The notes beneath the pieces are model-generated. The model worked only from the letters and a program-made list of their open reading frames with translations. It ran no database searches and had not been told where the DNA came from. DNA of 64,000 nt, from IMG/VR virus record IMGVR_UViG_3300046542_000227, positions 1-64,000 of that record. One strand, written 5' to 3'. Each line of letters starts with the position of its first letter. Positions within the stretch are counted from its first letter, which is position 1. Positions 59,254 through 64,000 of the stretch are shown here, one piece after another. The position numbers were made by a program, and so were the translations under genes.

Positions 59254-60913
59254 GGGTCACCCGAGGTCTAGGTTTGCCGGTGATATACAGGAGCGTCATG
59301 TTGACGGTGTGAATGTCAATACCGAAGGACATGCCACCACCCGCTTGGATATAAGCACGACGCTTGGTGAAGTAGCGCTTCGCTTCAGCAATCGCTTCGT
59401 CCGAGTAGGTTGCGTTGTAGCTCATGGTGTCACCGTCGAAGTCAGCGCCTTTCGCTGTCAGTCGAGCCGGTGGGATACTGGTCGAGTCGTGGTACTGAGG
59501 AACACCATTACCATTGAGTTTCGGGAACTCTTTAGCGATGATCGATTCGTCACGTTGCCAGTTGTGATCAAGACCATAACGCAGCTCACCAGGAACGGTG
59601 GTCTTCACGTATTGCATCACTGGCGAGGAACTGTTGAAGTTCTCTACCGGATAACGCGTTACGAATGCTGCGGTGTTTTCCCACATATCCAAACAGGCGA
59701 GGTAGATCATCTCGACGTAGGACAGTGGGTGCACCAGCTTGCGATCGAAGTCTTCTGGCAAATCACTCAAGTCTCTGAAGATCTTGAAGTTACCTGCAGT
59801 GTCGACGTAGATCAAGGCAATGTAGTGGCCTTCAACTTCCACCGGACGATGGCGCTTAGCAATAACTGCCAGTTCGTTGACCACGCCTTCCAAGCCTTCT
59901 TCCGTAGACCAGCGGTCCATGGTTTCGTTGGTGCAGTCGACCCATTCCAGCTTGAGGGTTTCTTTGTTGATCAGCTGAACACTGTTGGATGCCGTGTTGA
60001 AGATCGACTCCAGCAGATTCACCCGCAGGTTGTAGATGGTCTTTGGTAGCGATGCCGCTGCTGCCTGATACAGACCCACCACCGCGTCGTTGAACTTCGG
60101 ACGGTTAGGTGCGTCCAAGTCTACTGCGGTTACGTCCAGCGAGGAGATCACGTTACGCGTGCCGTTGAACACTTTACGCGATGCCCACTTGGCTTGGATC
60201 ATGCCACCCTTGCCCTTGATCAGGGTTTCAAGGTGTTCGTAGATCTGTACCACAGTCATCTGTGTGGCATAGCGCGTGCGGTCATAAATCGACAGGTCGT
60301 CGCTTGGGTTGATCCGCTCAGGGAAGTTACGCCCTTGGATGATGCAACGCTGGTACATGTCGTTGATTTCACCGACAGTCACCCGACCGGCTGCGTCGAC
60401 TTCTACGTCACGCAAACCTGCAGGCAATACCAACAGCTTGCTGTACATCGCATTGTTGCGGTAGCGCTCGATCAGCTCGATCTGGACGTTACGAGTTGAG
60501 CTATCACCCTTCTCGAAACGCATGTCATGCCAATGGCTCATGAAAAAGGTGAAGCCCGTCTTGCCATCTACTTCACTGGCACGTTCGAACGTACCTTTGG
60601 CTTGACTGAAGATGGCGTATTCTTTACCCGCCATGATGTCGATATAAAAGCTACGCATCTTCGTCAGTACACGGAAGATGATTGGGTGTAGCACTGGTAG
60701 CCGCAGATCGATGTGACCAAAGGTCATGTCACGGCGAGGGTCACCGACACGTCCAAAGATCGAAGTCGAGAACAGACCTTCCTCATCGAAACTACCACCG
60801 GGACCGTCCATGATACCCAGACTCTTGACCTGCGGAACCAGCTTAAGCTGATCTGCCGTAGGAATCAAAAGGCTGATGTTCAAGGGTAGCATTTTCTTCT
60901 TCACACAGAACAC
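59243..60913 (-). CDS. rpoC: Virion RNA polymerase beta' N-terminal subunit (phiKZ gp180-like)
   Basis: Catalytic ADFDGD; GLFS..IFG, FGHI.L..P.LHP, VLPAGLR. Confidence 0.92.
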   Translation of the reverse strand: MFCVKKKMLPLNISLLIPTADQLKLVPQVKSLGIMDGPGGSFDEEGLFSTSIFGRVGDPRRDMTFGHIDLRLPVLHPIIFRVLTKMRSFYIDIMAGKEYAIFSQAKGTFERASEVDGKTGFTFFMSHWHDMRFEKGDSSTRNVQIELIERYRNNAMYSKLLVLPAGLRDVEVDAAGRVTVGEINDMYQRCIIQGRNFPERINPSDDLSIYDRTRYATQMTVVQIYEHLETLIKGKGGMIQAKWASRKVFNGTRNVISSLDVTAVDLDAPNRPKFNDAVVGLYQAAAASLPKTIYNLRVNLLESIFNTASNSVQLINKETLKLEWVDCTNETMDRWSTEEGLEGVVNELAVIAKRHRPVEVEGHYIALIYVDTAGNFKIFRDLSDLPEDFDRKLVHPLSYVEMIYLACLDMWENTAAFVTRYPVENFNSSSPVMQYVKTTVPGELRYGLDHNWQRDESIIAKEFPKLNGNGVPQYHDSTSIPPARLTAKGADFDGDTMSYNATYSDEAIAEAKRYFTKRRAYIQAGGGMSFGIDIHTVNMTLLYITGKPRPRVTHAL

Positions 60914-60932
60914 CCCTCGGGCAAGACAACAA

Positions 60933-60936
60933 TATG
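60933..60936 (+). promoter_or_regulatory. Possible late promoter TATG for the tape-measure gene
   Basis: TATG 29 nt upstream of ATG 60965 in the divergent intergenic gap. Confidence 0.45.
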
Positions 60937-60964
60937 ATTGATTTCACTGTACCGGAGACCTTAA

Positions 60965-63900
60965 ATGGCCGGCAAAAAGAAACTAGGTGGTAATGGCCAA
61001 GGCCCGATGTTGTTGGGCGGGCTCGACCTTGACGACGTCGATAGCCTGTTGGATGACGGTGGCGGTAGCCAAGCGTCCGCTAAGCGTAGTCCGAAAGAAT
61101 CTATTCGTAAGTTCGCCGGAGCCACGACCAGATCGGTACGCGACAAAGTTAATGCCAAATCCGTACTCTCTTCCTTTATACGCACTGCTCTACCGGATGG
61201 CTACACTCGACTGCTCGGTCTGTACGACGAAACAGCAGCGGGTATCCAGTCGGTGGTGGATGGCGTAGAGGAAACTGAATTTGCTGCGCTGGAGAAACTG
61301 GCAGCTAAATTCGAAGACCAACTGCCGAAGCTGAAAGGCAAACTCCCTGATGCGGTCTATGAACGGATCAAGGGTAAGCTTGAAGACAAGAAGGAAGATT
61401 ATTCCCTCCGTCGTCAGATCGGTGACGCACAAGCCGCCCGTAAGAAAGGCGACTATGACGAGAAAGGTGAGAGCCTTGCCGTCGATCAGATGTTTGACCA
61501 GCTCCAGATGGCCGAAGCCCAACTGGATATGGATAAAGCTTCCAGTGATGTCGAACACAATAAATTAGATTACGATGTTAAGCGTGACGGCATTCGTGCC
61601 CGTCTGGACAAAACTCGTTTCGATGTGCTCAACCGTCACCTCGGCATGATCGCCGATTCGACTCAACGCAACGTCGCCTATAACGACAGCGTCACGTATC
61701 AGTACCAGAAGAAATCTCTGGAACTGCAAATGCGTTCTTACCTCGCTACCCGTAGCTTGGTGAAGCTGACCAACGAATCATTGACCCTGCACAAACAAGC
61801 CTACACTGCTCTGGTGCATAACACCGGCTTGCCTGAGTTCCTCAAAGCTTCTGAGGCTGAGCGGACCAAGTTCTACATCAAAGAGCAGATGCGCAATCCG
61901 TTCTTGAACAAGATTGCCCAGACAGCGAGTGAAGCTTCGGCTAACTTCCTGCCTGCCCTGTTCAACAACATCGGCTCGAAAGCGGCCGGTGGCGTACGGG
62001 CTGCGGGTAACGCTGGACAAGGTGGCTTGGGGATGCTCCTCAAGACACTCATGCAGAACCCTGAAGACGCCGCTGGTGGTTTGGCCGGTGATCAGATCGC
62101 CAGCTTCCTGCATTCTTCTGTTATTCCCTCGATCGCACGTCGTGCACGTCCGGGCATGAAGAAGGTCTCTGACAAACTGACTGGCGGTGGCGATAGCCGC
62201 ATTGCCTACCTGCTCGACAACATGGCGTCGATGTCGCAAGACTTCGCTAACGATGCCAAGAACTCGACCGGTATGAAAGGTCAGTTGCAGAAAATGGTGA
62301 AGATGTTTGCCCCACAATTCCGGGTCAATGACCTGGCCAAAACGGGTACTTATCAAACCATTAACCAACCTGCGCAGTTTAACCAAATGACGCAGCGTTC
62401 TATCGTCGAAGTGATCCCGGGTTATCTGGCCCGAATCCTTCAAGAAACCCGCATGATTCGTACGGGTGATGACTCGATTGGGCGTGAGGTCTTTGACATC
62501 ACTCGGGGCAACTTTGTCCAAGAGAAGAAGTCGCAAGACAATCTGGCCAAACGTGTCGTGGGCGGTAACGCACGTCGTTCGGTGAAGTACTCGCTGAACT
62601 CTGCGGTCGACGGTTTTACTGAAGACGGTAGCGTGCTGTCGCCTGAAGCTCGCCATGCGCTGGAAGAACGTTTGCTGCGTGATGCGATGGAAGGTAAGCA
62701 CTTCGATCCAGTGACCTACGTCAAGCCTGAAGGTTATGCCCCGGGTACCAGTGCTGCGGTACTGGCTGAACTGACTGAGTTCTTTAAGAAGCAGTTCAAG
62801 TTCAGTGAAGACGGTCAGCTGGCGAAGTCGACTGCGAACTTTACCAAGCGTCAGGAGTTCTCCACCAAGTTCAACGACCTGCGTGACACAGTACGTAACC
62901 CAATGGCTGAGATCGAACGGATCATGGCTTCGGGTAACACGACCCAACTGCGTGACTTGGGTATTGTGCACATTGTTGAAGGTGAAGACCGTATCAACTT
63001 TGCTGTGCTGCGTGAACTCTACCGTGACCTCGGTGATCCGAGTGCTAGTGGTGAGCCACCACCGATGCCATCGCCTACTGGTCCGTTGCTCAGCAAGCTG
63101 CGTAAGCGGTTGCGTGAAGGCAACGAAGAGATCAAGAAACGTAGCGGGCGGGTGCGTGCTCGCGTTCGTGGTTTGGGTGATCGTGCTAAGGGCGCACTGA
63201 GTGACATGGAAGGTCCAGATGTTACGGCCGTCACTGAAGCTTTCAATGCCTCTAAAGCGCAAGCGCTAGTCCATGCTGACGATGTAGCCAAGCGCGCTAC
63301 CGATCTGATGATCGCAGGTAAAGAAGGTGTCGTTATTAAGGCATCGGAAATTCTGAGCGGTGAACTGATCGATGTTACTACCCAGAAAGTCATCGGTCGG
63401 GTTGAGGACATTAAAGGTGAAGTCATTGACATCACTGGACGTGTGCGTCTGACTCGGGCTGACGTGGCTCAAGGGTTGGTCAACGGTGAAGGGCGCGTGC
63501 TGGATCTGCTCAAACATCTGCCGAAGGGTATTCCCCCAAGTGTGATGTCGATGTTGCATGGTCAGCGCCAGCAGATCGGGAACCTGATCACTGCTGAGAA
63601 CGGGGCGATGTCTCGGGTTAAGGACCTTTACCTCGAAGGTGCTAACGATCCGGTCATTAAAGCTTCGGGTCTGCGTGCTGGTGAATACATCGACGTGGCC
63701 ACCAAGAAGGTTTTGGAGACCATCGATGACATCAGTGGCGCGGTAGTCCGTAAGGACCGTCCCGATGAAGTCCTGTTCACCACTGAAGAAGCTGCCGAGA
63801 AGTTGGTTGACAATTCCGGTAAGCGCTTTAAGTCGAGCAAGATTCTCAAGTATCTGGCATGGGCTACAGGCAAGAGCTTCAGCATCACCGCAGGTATGGC

Positions 63901-64000
63901 TTCGATCGGTTTGGCGGTTGCTCGCAAGATCGGGATGTTCGTTGCCAAGAAACTGACTGGTCTGGATGCTTACCTGCCTCCGGGTCGTGAGCCAATCCTC
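60965..64000 (+). CDS. Tape measure / tail-associated lysin (phiKZ gp181-like), runs off the window end
   Basis: Open from ATG 60965 (GGAG RBS) to the end; YQKKSLELQ motif; repeats L..G...VIKAS..L.GE.ID..T.KV....DI.G; synteny after the RNAP genes. Confidence 0.85.
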   Translation, partial: MAGKKKLGGNGQGPMLLGGLDLDDVDSLLDDGGGSQASAKRSPKESIRKFAGATTRSVRDKVNAKSVLSSFIRTALPDGYTRLLGLYDETAAGIQSVVDGVEETEFAALEKLAAKFEDQLPKLKGKLPDAVYERIKGKLEDKKEDYSLRRQIGDAQAARKKGDYDEKGESLAVDQMFDQLQMAEAQLDMDKASSDVEHNKLDYDVKRDGIRARLDKTRFDVLNRHLGMIADSTQRNVAYNDSVTYQYQKKSLELQMRSYLATRSLVKLTNESLTLHKQAYTALVHNTGLPEFLKASEAERTKFYIKEQMRNPFLNKIAQTASEASANFLPALFNNIGSKAAGGVRAAGNAGQGGLGMLLKTLMQNPEDAAGGLAGDQIASFLHSSVIPSIARRARPGMKKVSDKLTGGGDSRIAYLLDNMASMSQDFANDAKNSTGMKGQLQKMVKMFAPQFRVNDLAKTGTYQTINQPAQFNQMTQRSIVEVIPGYLARILQETRMIRTGDDSIGREVFDITRGNFVQEKKSQDNLAKRVVGGNARRSVKYSLNSAVDGFTEDGSVLSPEARHALEERLLRDAMEGKHFDPVTYVKPEGYAPGTSAAVLAELTEFFKKQFKFSEDGQLAKSTANFTKRQEFSTKFNDLRDTVRNPMAEIERIMASGNTTQLRDLGIVHIVEGEDRINFAVLRELYRDLGDPSASGEPPPMPSPTGPLLSKLRKRLREGNEEIKKRSGRVRARVRGLGDRAKGALSDMEGPDVTAVTEAFNASKAQALVHADDVAKRATDLMIAGKEGVVIKASEILSGELIDVTTQKVIGRVEDIKGEVIDITGRVRLTRADVAQGLVNGEGRVLDLLKHLPKGIPPSVMSMLHGQRQQIGNLITAENGAMSRVKDLYLEGANDPVIKASGLRAGEYIDVATKKVLETIDDISGAVVRKDRPDEVLFTTEEAAEKLVDNSGKRFKSSKILKYLAWATGKSFSITAGMASIGLAVARKIGMFVAKKLTGLDAYLPPGREPIL

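Noticed and set aside
59243-60913. Intron, intein or homing endonuclease in the RNAP genes
   Set aside because: The beta (1449 aa) and beta'-N (556 aa) frames are continuous and abut directly, with no HNH/LAGLIDADG or intein motifs.

Overview
A 64 kb stretch of a phiKZ-related jumbo phage genome (Chimalliviridae-like, roughly 54-55% GC by eye; a Pseudomonas or related host is plausible but not shown). It holds mostly late/virion genes. These include the acidic C-terminus of a probable portal, a four-gene paralog array, a collagen-like fibre with its chaperone, an endolysin/holin-candidate/spanin cassette, RuvC, and five 'NPH'-motif tail-fibre genes followed by a pair of 2OG-Fe(II) oxygenase-fold genes. 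It also carries a UvsX/RecA-like recombinase, SbcC, central spike plus PAAR, RNase H, internal head proteins, the prohead protease, split virion RNA polymerase subunits (beta-C, beta-N/M, beta'-N with DFDGD, probable beta'-C) and the start of the tape-measure/tail lysin gene. The most interesting observations are five. (1) An early operon of six small genes, five encoding single-membrane-segment proteins and three missing from the ORF track. (2) Three early-type promoters that all have exact sigma70 geometry (TTGA..-N17-TATAT.). (3) An active-looking plus an inactive-looking 2OG oxygenase pair beside the fibre genes. (4) An internal head protein that looks like a protease-processed polyprotein carrying a 124-aa glycine-zipper cargo. 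(5) A dispersed terminator family with a conserved UUUAUGCCG tail. phiKZ gp numbers are recalled homologies and synteny, not search results. No tRNA, CRISPR array, reverse transcriptase, intein or integrase was seen.
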